Assembly: GCA_038320085.1 (NCBI GenBank)
Contig: JBBQDW010000003.1
Location: 1 to 36,735, forward strand
Reading direction: 5' to 3'
From: Candidatus Humimicrobiales bacterium
GTDB lineage: Bacteria; Actinomycetota; Humimicrobiia; Humimicrobiales; Humimicrobiaceae
DNA length: 36,735 nucleotides
The notes beneath the pieces are model-generated. The model searched no databases and was not told the DNA's origin. It was given only the letters and a program-made list of their open reading frames with translations. Of the stretch, positions 1-9,166 are shown piece by piece (position 1 is the stretch's first letter; every line of letters starts with the position of its first letter). The translations under genes were made by a program, and so were the position numbers.

Positions 1-15
1 GATTTGGTTTAAAAC

Positions 16-1542
16 ATGAAAAAAACAGGTTTTGATAACGAAAAATATCTTGCGGAGCAGACTGCGGCAATTAGCGACAGGGTTAAGAAATTTGATAATA
101 AGCTTTACCTTGAGTTTGGCGGGAAACTCTGTTTTGATTACCATGCTGCAAGGGTGCTCCCCGGATATGACCCTAATGTCAAGATCCGTCTTCTGCAGTC
201 ACTTAAAGACGAGATAGAAATAGTGCTTTGTATCTATGCGGGTGATATTGAAAGGGGAAGGCTGCGAGGGGATTTTGGGATAACTTACGATGCTGCAACC
301 TTAAAGCTTATTGATGACCTTCGTAAATGGGAGCTTGATATTGCGGCAGTGGTAATAACACGATATACGGGCCAGTATGCAGCAGAGGTGTTTAAAAATA
401 AACTGGAACATAGGGGGGTAAAGGTCTACCTTCATTATCCGATTGATGGCTATCCTACAGATATTGACCTTATCTGCAGTGAAAAAGGTTTTGGTAAAAA
501 TGATTATATAGAGACAAAAAAACCTATAGTTGTTGTTACTGCACCCGGACCAAACAGCGGCAAACTGTCAACCTGCCTGTCACAACTTTACCAGGACCAC
601 AGGAAAGGCATAAAATCAGGGTATGCCAAGTTTGAGACCTTTCCGATATGGAACCTTTCTTTAAAGCATCCGGTTAATATTGCCTACGAAGCAGCTACAG
701 CAGATATACTGGATTTCAATCTGGTGGACCCGTTTCATTTGAGCCAGTATGGAAAAACGGCCATAAATTATAACAGGGATGTGGAAAGTTTCCCGATTTT
801 AAAGCTTATGCTTAACAGGATCATGGCTGAGAGAAACGCTGAACTGCCTGTATATAATTCACCTACGGATATGGGCGTTAACAGGGCAGGATTTGGTATA
901 GTCGATGACGAGCTTGTACAACTGGCAGCAAAACAGGAGCTTATTCGCCGTTTCTTCAGGTATAACACTGAATATGTAATGGGAGTTGAGAGAAAAGAGA
1001 CTGTAGAGCGTGTCAGGATGCTGATGGAAGAGCTTGGGGTAAAAGTAACAAGCAGGCCGGTCGTAAAAGCAGCGCGCGATGTCGCGATTGAAGCGGAGGA
1101 AAAGGGGAAGGGCCATGATGAAATATTCTGCGGCGCTGCAATAGAGTTTTCTGACGGCAGGATTGTTACCGGCAAGAATTCAAAGCTGATGCACGCATCT
1201 TCAAGTCTTATACTTAACGCAATAAAGGTCCTGGCAGGTATCCCTGATGAGATATACTTGCTCTCCCCGCATGTAATCGAGCAGATTGCAAAGCTTAAAA
1301 AAGGTATTTTTAAAGCAGATTCCGAAAGTCTTGATCTTGAAGAGACACTGATTTCTCTTTCCATAAGTGCCACTACCAGCCATACGGCTGAGCTTGCGAT
1401 GAAAAAGTTAATCGAGCTTCGGGATTGCGACATGCACATGACCCATATACCGACTCCGGGAGACGAAGTGGGTTTAAAACATTTGGGAGTAAACCTTACT
1501 ACAGACGGAAAATTCTCATCAAGAAACCTGTTTGTGGCCTGA
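16..1542 (+). CDS. DUF1846 (UPF0371) family protein
   Basis: 508 aa; family-typical N-terminus GFDNEKY...KLYLEFGGKL, P-loop-like VTAPGPNSGK, AKFETFPIWN, SPTDMGVN. Confidence 0.9.
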   Translation: MKKTGFDNEKYLAEQTAAISDRVKKFDNKLYLEFGGKLCFDYHAARVLPGYDPNVKIRLLQSLKDEIEIVLCIYAGDIERGRLRGDFGITYDAATLKLIDDLRKWELDIAAVVITRYTGQYAAEVFKNKLEHRGVKVYLHYPIDGYPTDIDLICSEKGFGKNDYIETKKPIVVVTAPGPNSGKLSTCLSQLYQDHRKGIKSGYAKFETFPIWNLSLKHPVNIAYEAATADILDFNLVDPFHLSQYGKTAINYNRDVESFPILKLMLNRIMAERNAELPVYNSPTDMGVNRAGFGIVDDELVQLAAKQELIRRFFRYNTEYVMGVERKETVERVRMLMEELGVKVTSRPVVKAARDVAIEAEEKGKGHDEIFCGAAIEFSDGRIVTGKNSKLMHASSSLILNAIKVLAGIPDEIYLLSPHVIEQIAKLKKGIFKADSESLDLEETLISLSISATTSHTAELAMKKLIELRDCDMHMTHIPTPGDEVGLKHLGVNLTTDGKFSSRNLFVA

Positions 1543-1563
1543 TCCTGATATTTGCTTTAGCAG

Positions 1564-1710
1564 TCAAAACCTGCAAACCTTTTAAACCCGCAACCCTGTA
1601 AAACTGCCAATTTGTAAAATCCTATAATTGGCTAAAACAAATAATTTGCTAATGCCATAAATCCTCTAAGGCCCCTAATCCAGTAAAATCAATAATTTCC
1701 TAAAACAGCT
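1564..1710. repeat. Degenerate ~8-10 nt tandem repeat tract
   Basis: Successive units such as aaaacctgc, aaacctttt, aaacccgc, aaccctgt, aaaactgcc, aatttgt, aaaatcctat, aattggct, aaaacaaat, aatttgct; parsed by eye. Confidence 0.5.
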
Positions 1711-2054
1711 GCGTCATTTGTAAAAATTAATTAAATTGTAATAGTTAAGAACCCTGTTTGTGCTAATTGTATATGTAAGTCTATATAATTATATTAATTA
1801 TATTTTTAATTATAAAATAAAATCACATGATAATAAATTTTATATAAAAATAAAAAAAGTATAATATAAGTATTTACTTCCATATTGTACAGTATAAAAT
1901 ATTTGTTGAAAAACGCTATATTGGATTACAAATAATGTAAATATTTGTAAGTATTTATAAAAATACATAATTATTGAAATATTTAATAAAAATATAATAA
2001 TATATATCAAAAAAAATATATAATAAAAAATTAAAAATTATTTCAATAAAAATA

Positions 2055-2084
2055 TTGACAAAATATACAACAAATATATATAAT
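2055..2084 (+). promoter_or_regulatory. Sigma70-type promoter upstream of fliA-like gene
   Basis: TTGACA (2055-2060), 18-nt spacer, TATAAT (2079-2084); AT-rich context raises the chance-match rate. Confidence 0.65.
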
Positions 2085-2154
2085 GTTAAATAGATTAATG
2101 TAGAAAATATTATAAGAATAATTTTTTAACTTGCTGGGGAAAGGATTATATCAA

Positions 2155-2889
2155 ATGGAAGCCGCAGAACAGCTGCAATGGAAAAAATTTAAAACAAATA
2201 GAAATAATTATTCCAGGGATGAGCTAATTTCAAGATACACAAATTTTGTTAAGGTAATAGCATATGAAATATTCAAGACTCTTCCTAATACCGTTGAATT
2301 TGCAGATCTTGAAAGTTACGGAAATGTGGGTTTAATGGATGCAATTGTGAAATTTAATCCAGAGAGAAATATAAAGTTTGAGACTTATGCAAGGTTTAGG
2401 ATAAAAGGTGCAATTCTTGACGGCATAAGAGAAATTGATTGGTTCCCGCGATCGCTTAGGGATAATATGAAAAAAAATAATCTAATGCGCGAAAAAAAGA
2501 GAGATACGGATAACGCTGGCCCGGGATTTTTGGCTGACAATTACGATCTAAATAAAAATGTAAAAAATGATGATTACAATTATGTCATAATATCCTATGA
2601 GGGTATGGATGTATTAAACGGAGACTTTTCCCAGAATGAAGAATCTGGAAGCTATTCACAATATAAGGCATTTATAAGTCCTGACGATTTTGTGCAAAAT
2701 CTTGAAAACGCATCTTTAATAAGCAAGGCCATGAGTAAATTAAAAGATTTCGAAAAAAAGGTTGTTTATTTTTATTATTTCAAAGGAAATACTTTCAGGG
2801 AAATAGGTAAAGCAATAGGTGTCACGGAGTCAAGAGCTTCCCAAATCCATAAAAAAGCGCTTGAGTCTTTAAAAAGAATAATGAAATAA
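2155..2889 (+). CDS. fliA: FliA/WhiG-family RNA polymerase sigma factor (sigma-28-like)
   Basis: Region 2 DLESYGNVGLMDAIVKF..KFETYARFRIKGAILDGIREIDWFPRS and region 4 TFREIGKAIGVTESRASQIH; ATG 2155 preceded by AAGGA is preferred to TTG 2131. Confidence 0.85.
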   Translation: MEAAEQLQWKKFKTNRNNYSRDELISRYTNFVKVIAYEIFKTLPNTVEFADLESYGNVGLMDAIVKFNPERNIKFETYARFRIKGAILDGIREIDWFPRSLRDNMKKNNLMREKKRDTDNAGPGFLADNYDLNKNVKNDDYNYVIISYEGMDVLNGDFSQNEESGSYSQYKAFISPDDFVQNLENASLISKAMSKLKDFEKKVVYFYYFKGNTFREIGKAIGVTESRASQIHKKALESLKRIMK

Positions 2890-2924
2890 ATTTTTATAAA
2901 TTTTAAATAGAAGAGAATAGGAAA

Positions 2925-3296
2925 ATGGTGGGTGCAGGTCCATACATACAATTTAAACAGGTAGTATTGAACGGTTCAACCAGAGAAGGCATTGTAATGC
3001 TATCTTATGAAAGAGCCATCAGGTGTTTATACAAATCGGTGGAGGGTTTTGAAAAAAGGGATTTCGAAAAAATAAATTATTATATACTTAAGACCCATGC
3101 AATAATTTCGGAACTTATATTGAACCTGAATTATGGGGCCGGTGGGGAAATTTCCACCAGTCTTTACAGGATCTATGAATATATGAATCATAGATTAGCT
3201 ACAGCCAATATTAAGAAAGATCCAAAACCAATTAAGGAAATTATCGGACTTTTGGATTTATTAAGGGATGCACGCACAATACCATTATCTGGATAA
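2925..3296 (+). CDS. fliS: FliS-like flagellin export chaperone (divergent)
   Basis: 123 aa; IISELILNLNYGAGGEISTSLYRIYEYMNHRLATANIKKD matches the FliS core; follows fliA. Confidence 0.8.
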   Translation: MVGAGPYIQFKQVVLNGSTREGIVMLSYERAIRCLYKSVEGFEKRDFEKINYYILKTHAIISELILNLNYGAGGEISTSLYRIYEYMNHRLATANIKKDPKPIKEIIGLLDLLRDARTIPLSG

Positions 3297-3406
3297 AGCT
3301 ATTTCGGATAACAGCATATTACCCAAATTTTTAACCATAACATAAGAAAAAAAGAAAAATAAAATAATTGAATATTTGTGCCACTTTATTTAGAATTGAA
3401 AATCAG

Positions 3407-3415
3407 TGTTATAAT
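3407..3415 (+). promoter_or_regulatory. Extended -10 element upstream of pckG
   Basis: TGtTATAAT about 140 nt upstream of the ATG; no clear -35. Confidence 0.4.
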
Positions 3416-3551
3416 AATACTGGTTTTAGTGCAATGGCTTAAATAAACAATAAAGATTTTGTTTTTTTATTTTTATCTAATTGATTTTTAATTAATTTTT
3501 TATCTTCTTACATCAAAATTTCTTATGTCAATGCATTGTTTGGGGGGCTAA

Positions 3552-5327
3552 ATGGAAATAAAACATGAAAAATTAAAAACCTGGGTTAAGGATATGGCGG
3601 CAATGTGCAATCCTGATGCTATCGTCTGGATAGACGGTTCTGAGGAACAAAAGAAAGTTCTGCAAAGGCAGGCCATAAAGACGGGCGAAATGCTGGAGTT
3701 AAATCAGGAAAAGCTGCCCGGATGCCTTTTCCACAGGACCGCGCTTAATGATGTGGCAAGAACGGAACATCTTACCTATATATGTACACCTGACAAAGAC
3801 CAGGCTGGCCCTACAAATAACTGGATGCATCCCGATGAGGCTTATCTAAAAGCAGGGGAGATCTTTAAGGATTCCATGGTCGGAAGGACCATGTATGTTA
3901 TCCCTTTCTCAATGGGGCCCGTTAATTCTGAGTTTAGTAAGATTGGCATAGAGCTGACAGACAGCATCTATGTTGTGTTAAATATGTTAATAATGACAAG
4001 GTCAGGCGATGAAATATTAAGAGCCCTGGGGGAAAACGGCGAATTTACAAAATGCCTTCATTCAAAAGCAGAACTTGATATAAATAAAAGGCTTATACTG
4101 CATTTTCCGCTTGATAATACGATATGGAGTGTAGGTTCAGGTTATGGCGGTAATGTACTTCTCGGTAAAAAATGCCTTTCGCTAAGGATCGCAAGCTTTC
4201 TGGGAAAAAATGAAGGCTGGCTCGCTGAGCATATGCTTATTATCGGTATTGAAGATAAAGTGGGCAATGTCACTTATCTTGCTGCTGCTTTTCCAAGCGC
4301 CTGCGGAAAGACAAATCTTGCGATGCTTATACCGCCTGAAAGTATGAAGAAAAAAGGTTACAAGATATGGACCGTCGGTGATGATATCGCCTGGATGCGG
4401 ATAAAAGAGGATGGCTCTTTATGGGCGGTTAACCCGGAGAGCGGGTTTTTTGGGGTTCTTCCGGGAACTAACAGTAAAACCAATTATAACGCTGTCGCAA
4501 CAATGCAGAAAAATACTATATATACTAACGTACTTTTAAAAGAAGACGGGACCGTATGGTGGGAAGACGCAGACGGGCCGGTTCCAGAAAAAGGAATTGA
4601 CTGGACAGGCAAGCCATGGAAACCCGGTACCAGAGATGAAAATGGAAATATAATAAAGGGAGCAAATCCCAACAGCAGGTTTACGGCACCGATAAAGCAA
4701 TGCCCTGTTGCTTCACCAAACATAGATTCACCTGAAGGGGTACCGATATCTGCTATCATATTTGGAGGGAGAAGGGCCCATGTTGCGCCGCTTGTTTATG
4801 AATCTTTTGACTGGCAGCATGGAGTATTTACCGGCTCGATAATGGCCTCAGAGATTACTGCGGCACAATACGGAACGCAGGGTGTTGTAAGAAGGGATCC
4901 TATGGCAATGCTCCCGTTCTGTGGATACAACATGGCAGATTATTTTTCTCACTGGTTAAATATTGGAAAACAGGTAAAGAACCAGCCTAAGATATTTCAT
5001 GTAAACTGGTTTAGGACAGATAAAGACGGCGGTTTTTTATGGCCGGGATATGGAGATAACCTGAGGGTCCTTGAATGGATGATAAAGAGATGCAAAAAAG
5101 AAATTGATGCAGACAAAACTCCCATTGGTTTCATACCTTTCAGGAAGGACCTTGACCTTGAGGGCCTGGGTATGGATGAAGACAGGGTTAAAGAGTTGTT
5201 AGGGGTCGATACTGCAGACTGGGCCAAAGAGGCCCGGGAGATAAAAACTTTTTATGACAAATTTGAAGGAAAAATACCTGCAGAGCTTCAGGATGAACTT
5301 AATAAGCTTGTTAAAAGATTAACTTGA
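3552..5327 (+). CDS. pckG: Phosphoenolpyruvate carboxykinase (GTP)
   Basis: 591 aa; GSGYGGN..GKKC, WLAEHM, AFPSACGKTNLAM, VGDDIAW, NSRF, RRDPMAMLPFCGYN, FHVNWFR. Confidence 0.97.
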   Translation: MEIKHEKLKTWVKDMAAMCNPDAIVWIDGSEEQKKVLQRQAIKTGEMLELNQEKLPGCLFHRTALNDVARTEHLTYICTPDKDQAGPTNNWMHPDEAYLKAGEIFKDSMVGRTMYVIPFSMGPVNSEFSKIGIELTDSIYVVLNMLIMTRSGDEILRALGENGEFTKCLHSKAELDINKRLILHFPLDNTIWSVGSGYGGNVLLGKKCLSLRIASFLGKNEGWLAEHMLIIGIEDKVGNVTYLAAAFPSACGKTNLAMLIPPESMKKKGYKIWTVGDDIAWMRIKEDGSLWAVNPESGFFGVLPGTNSKTNYNAVATMQKNTIYTNVLLKEDGTVWWEDADGPVPEKGIDWTGKPWKPGTRDENGNIIKGANPNSRFTAPIKQCPVASPNIDSPEGVPISAIIFGGRRAHVAPLVYESFDWQHGVFTGSIMASEITAAQYGTQGVVRRDPMAMLPFCGYNMADYFSHWLNIGKQVKNQPKIFHVNWFRTDKDGGFLWPGYGDNLRVLEWMIKRCKKEIDADKTPIGFIPFRKDLDLEGLGMDEDRVKELLGVDTADWAKEAREIKTFYDKFEGKIPAELQDELNKLVKRLT

Positions 5328-5340
5328 GGCAAATTAAATA

Positions 5341-5439
5341 CGGGGACTCTGTAAATAATTTGATTATATTTACGGGTGCGTGAACAATTATTGGTGCAAA
5401 AGCTTTAATCTTTTTTTGAGTTCCCGGGATTTTTACCGG
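5341..5439. terminator. Hairpin cluster between convergent pckG and DUF1015 genes; possible bidirectional terminator
   Basis: ctgtaaataat/attatatttacgg stem (5349-5375), cggggactc/gagttcccg (5341-5426), ccgg..ccgg (5424-5439); no textbook U-tract directly after a stem. Confidence 0.35.
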
Positions 5440-5448
5440 CTTATTTGC

Positions 5449-6789
5449 TTAGTTATCAAATGAATACATTACAAGTCCGCTGCAAGGTTTGGGATAAAAA
5501 TACGTAGATTTCTGCGGCATTATAAGGCCTTCGTTTGAAAGACTTTCAACTGTCGTAATAGACGGCGCATTAAGTATAAATCCAACATCAAACTCTGCTT
5601 GCGGTGTTTTATTACCAATGCTTTCAAATATTTCACTGATAGTATGAATGAATTTAATATCCATTATTTTACGGTCCTTCAGCAAAACAGAAAGCAGGAG
5701 TTTATGTAAAATGTTAACGTCGAGATTCTCAAACTCCTCATTGAATTGTCCGCAGCTTATATTTAAATCTTTATACACTGACTCGATATTTGTTTTTAAT
5801 GTTGCAAAACAGCAGGTCTGGTCATTAAAAACTATACATATGCACTTTTTGCCTGCAGACAGGCAGGAAGACATTTTTTCGGTTATATCCGGAATTTTTG
5901 CAGGAATTATTTCCACGGTAAAATATTTACTTATTTTTTCTTCCATTTTTTTCGGGGTGATTTTCCTGTTGAATTTTATCAGCCTGTGTGTGGGATGTAT
6001 TGATATGTCCTTCTGGTTTGCAGCTACAAACAGTGAAAGTATACAGTCCTGGGGCATGGCATCTTCTTGGTCAATAGTTTTGCCGGTATAGGTCCGCGGC
6101 TGCACCGGAACCGATTTACTGTAAAGCCTCGAAGTCTCATAACGATGGTGTCCGTCTGCAATTAGCAGTGTCTTGGATTTCATTATCTCTCTAATTGCTG
6201 AAAGGGTTTTTTTATCAGATACTTTCCAGAATTTAAATTTCAATGAATGGTCATATGCAGCATCAGAATAAGCGAGAGGCTCTTTCTTTTTTTCCTTATC
6301 CAGGATATCGCTAACACCGGTATCGGAATCATTGTAAATGGTATATATAAATTCAAAATTGGTTTCACACGCATTTAAAAGGTTCAGCCTGTCTTCTTTT
6401 GGTTTGGAGAGGGTTTGCTCATGCCTTAATACTTTTCCTTCGCCGTAGTCTTCTATTTTTAAGAGGCCCACCAGCCCGGTAAAGCTTTTAATTTTTGAGT
6501 CATCGTCGACAAAAAACTCTTCAAAGATATAGAAACACTTTTCCGGGTCAGCTTTTAATATGCCTTTTTTTATAAAATCCTGAAGTGTCGTTTTTGCGTT
6601 TTCATAGCGGCTCTTTTCATTTGAATCATCAGGAAGTGTTAAGTTTACAATATTATAAGGGCTCTGATCTTTCAGCTGCTGCTTTTGCAAAGGCGAGATA
6701 ATGTCATAAGGGGGAGCGATGAGTTTAGACAGTTCTCCTGTCAGATGCAAATCAAAGCGTAAACCATTGAAAGGCAGGATATCAACCAT
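5449..6789 (-). CDS. DUF1015 family protein
   Basis: IAPPYDII, RHEQT, LLIADGHHRYET, MPQKSTYFYPK motifs; AAGGA upstream of the ATG. Confidence 0.9.
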   Translation of the reverse strand: MVDILPFNGLRFDLHLTGELSKLIAPPYDIISPLQKQQLKDQSPYNIVNLTLPDDSNEKSRYENAKTTLQDFIKKGILKADPEKCFYIFEEFFVDDDSKIKSFTGLVGLLKIEDYGEGKVLRHEQTLSKPKEDRLNLLNACETNFEFIYTIYNDSDTGVSDILDKEKKKEPLAYSDAAYDHSLKFKFWKVSDKKTLSAIREIMKSKTLLIADGHHRYETSRLYSKSVPVQPRTYTGKTIDQEDAMPQDCILSLFVAANQKDISIHPTHRLIKFNRKITPKKMEEKISKYFTVEIIPAKIPDITEKMSSCLSAGKKCICIVFNDQTCCFATLKTNIESVYKDLNISCGQFNEEFENLDVNILHKLLLSVLLKDRKIMDIKFIHTISEIFESIGNKTPQAEFDVGFILNAPSITTVESLSNEGLIMPQKSTYFYPKPCSGLVMYSFDN

Positions 6790-7054
6790 TTTTTTTAAAT
6801 CCTTTTTTAGTCAGTTAAAAATTTAAATAGATTATAATTTAAAATTGGTGAAATTATAATATTTTTCTAAAAAACCTTTTTATGCTTTATGTAAAATCAT
6901 AGTGAAATTATAATAAAAAAGAAAATAAGAAAATAAAATAGTTTTACCGGCTGTCACTTAAAGAGCAGCTGTTAGAGAGTGTTGAAATTTACAAAAGATT
7001 ATGCGCTTAATGATAAAGGTTTATAAAGCGTTTTGTAAAAGCGTTTTGCAAAGG

Positions 7055-7082
7055 TTGAATTAAGTATTTAAAATAGTATAAT
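7055..7082 (+). promoter_or_regulatory. Sigma70-type promoter of hypB
   Basis: TTGAAT (7055-7060), 16 nt, TATAAT (7077-7082); AAAGCGTTTTG direct repeat immediately upstream. Confidence 0.5.
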
Positions 7083-7233
7083 CTTTTGGTTTTACACAGA
7101 CTGACAAGGTGATGGTAAAGAGAAGTCTTAAAAGAAAACAAATTAACATAATCTATTAAAAAAAACAGGCTTAAGGTCAACAGTTTTCATCCGGTTTTTA
7201 GCCTTGAGCGAAGCGAAAGGAATGGTTATAAAA

Positions 7234-7890
7234 ATGAAAATAGAAGTCGTTGAAAATGTAATGCAGTACAATAAAGAAGAAGCAGATATCAACAGGAGTC
7301 TTTTTAAAAGCAATAAAGTAATTGTCATAAATATACTTTCTGCGCCGGGAGCCGGCAAAACAACACTTATAATGGAGACAATAAGAAGGATTGGCAAAAA
7401 ATATAAAATAGGGGTAATAGAGGGTGACATATCTTCAACTCATGACTCTGAAAAAATAAAATCCTTAACAGATGATGTAGTACAGATAAATACTGGCGGA
7501 ACATGCCATCTTAATGCTTCAATGGTTGCAAAAGCAGTAGAGAAACTTGACATTGGTAGTCTTGACATATTGTTTATAGAAAATGTGGGCAACCTAATCT
7601 GTCCTGTCGGTTTTGACCTTGGTGAGTCGTACCGGCTGCTCCTCTCTTCTGTCAGTGAAGGTGATGATAAACCTGTAAAATATCCCAAAGCTTTTATTAA
7701 AACTGACCTTGTAATATTAAATAAAACTGACATGATGCCATATAGTGATTTTAATGATGATTTTTTTACCGCAAAGATTAAAGAGCTAAACCCTGAAATT
7801 GAAATAATCCGGCTGTCCTGTAAAAATGGCCTGGGTGTGGATAGCTGGATAAACTGGGTTGAAAAAAAATTCGAAGTATTAAAATATTAA
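7234..7890 (+). CDS. hypB: Hydrogenase nickel-insertion GTPase HypB (no His-rich N-terminus)
   Basis: SAPGAGKT, IEGD, TGGTCHL, IENVGNLICP, EGDDKP.KYP, NKTD; ATG 7234 after AAAGGA chosen over TTG 7204. Confidence 0.95.
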   Translation: MKIEVVENVMQYNKEEADINRSLFKSNKVIVINILSAPGAGKTTLIMETIRRIGKKYKIGVIEGDISSTHDSEKIKSLTDDVVQINTGGTCHLNASMVAKAVEKLDIGSLDILFIENVGNLICPVGFDLGESYRLLLSSVSEGDDKPVKYPKAFIKTDLVILNKTDMMPYSDFNDDFFTAKIKELNPEIEIIRLSCKNGLGVDSWINWVEKKFEVLKY

Positions 7891-7931
7891 TTAGCTATAT
7901 ATATTTTTCCTTCCCGGAGTATTATTTTTTA

Positions 7932-8030
7932 TTGTTACAAACTTATTACAAATTTGCAGTTTTTTATTGCTATAATTATTTGGAAGTGATAATATAACTT
8001 GATTTTTAAAAAGTTACAAAAATGTTACAA
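7932..8030 (+). promoter_or_regulatory. Promoter region with two pairs of 11-bp-period (G/A)TTACAA direct repeats and an extended -10
   Basis: ttgttacaaa 7932 / ttattacaaa 7943; gttacaa 8013 / 8024; TGcTATAAT 7968-7976. Confidence 0.5.
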
Positions 8031-8198
8031 GTGGATTAAATTTTTCTTAAAACGAGTTGATTTTTTGCTTTGCCGGTTGTTAAGAAACCGGGATAAATGA
8101 AAGCTTTTTAAATCGTTTAAGAAAAACAGGTATAAATTAAACCTTTTAGCGTAAAGATATTAATAAGAAAAATATAGACGGTCAGACAGCAGTGTAAA

Positions 8199-9164
8199 AT
8201 GCGTATAAAGTTTGGAAAATATTTATTAGTATTAGAAATAAACAACAGCGGCAGTACCGGCCCAGGCAAATCGGACGGCCCGGCTGCCGGTACCGGAAAC
8301 TCGGCGGATACCGATAAAGCTTTACCGGATACTTTTGATTCTGCCGCAGATACCGGCACTGCCGCCGGTACTTGCAACCAGGGGGCAGGGACTTCTAAAT
8401 CTTTAGAGCATGCTGAAAAAACTTTATGCGGTGCCGACAGTACTTCGGCCGCCAATTCCAAATCACCGGCCAGCCTTGACATTAGCGATATTAACACCAT
8501 GGAGTTTGTATCGCACGAGTTAAAAGGAGTGCTGGGCTCAACGATTTTATGCGTGTATTCAATAAGGGATGGTTTGCTTGGAATGCTTAATTTCAAGCAG
8601 CGCGCAAGCATAGAGACAACGATAAGAAATCTGCGCAGGCTTGAATCGACAATAAAGGACTTTCTGGACATTTCCAGGCTTGAAGATGGAAAATTAAAAA
8701 TCCGCAAAACAAATATTAATGTAAACGAAGATATAATAAATGAAGTTGAAGACGCTTTTTTAACAGAGATTTATGAAAACAGGGTGGTTTTTGAAAACAA
8801 GATTTCAAAGGACCTGATAATAGTTTCAGACAGGACACTGCTTATGACAATTTTTAATAATCTTGTCAGTAATGCAATCAAGTACGGTGTTAAGGAAGGC
8901 AGTATTGTTATAAGCGCAGAAAAAGAGGGCGATAATCTAATAAGATTTGTAGTATACAATGACGGAATACCGATAACACCGGAAGATAAATCGAAATTGT
9001 TTAAAAAATTCTCGCGCCTTGAGAAGGAACATGATAAAAAAATAAAAGGTACCGGACTGGGGTTGTTTATTATTAAAGATATAATTAAAAACCTTGGAGG
9101 AAGTATCTGGGTTGAAACAAATGATAACGGCAATGAATTTATATTTGAAATAGAAAGGGTTTAG
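8199..9164 (+). CDS. Cytoplasmic sensor histidine kinase (HisKA + HATPase), no recognisable sensor domain
   Basis: H-box FVSHELK, N-box NNLVSNAIKY, NDGIPI, F-box LFKKF, G2 GTGLGL; N-terminal ~100 aa are mostly Gly/Ser/Thr/Ala-rich with no transmembrane segment. Confidence 0.9.
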   Translation: MRIKFGKYLLVLEINNSGSTGPGKSDGPAAGTGNSADTDKALPDTFDSAADTGTAAGTCNQGAGTSKSLEHAEKTLCGADSTSAANSKSPASLDISDINTMEFVSHELKGVLGSTILCVYSIRDGLLGMLNFKQRASIETTIRNLRRLESTIKDFLDISRLEDGKLKIRKTNINVNEDIINEVEDAFLTEIYENRVVFENKISKDLIIVSDRTLLMTIFNNLVSNAIKYGVKEGSIVISAEKEGDNLIRFVVYNDGIPITPEDKSKLFKKFSRLEKEHDKKIKGTGLGLFIIKDIIKNLGGSIWVETNDNGNEFIFEIERV

Positions 9165-9166
9165 TT

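Noticed and set aside
1740-2130. Replication origin in the AT-rich tract
   Set aside because: No DnaA-box cluster seen and no dnaA/dnaN context
7095-7130. NiCo riboswitch upstream of hypB
   Set aside because: Only a weak ACTGA..AGG resemblance; the four-way junction could not be built
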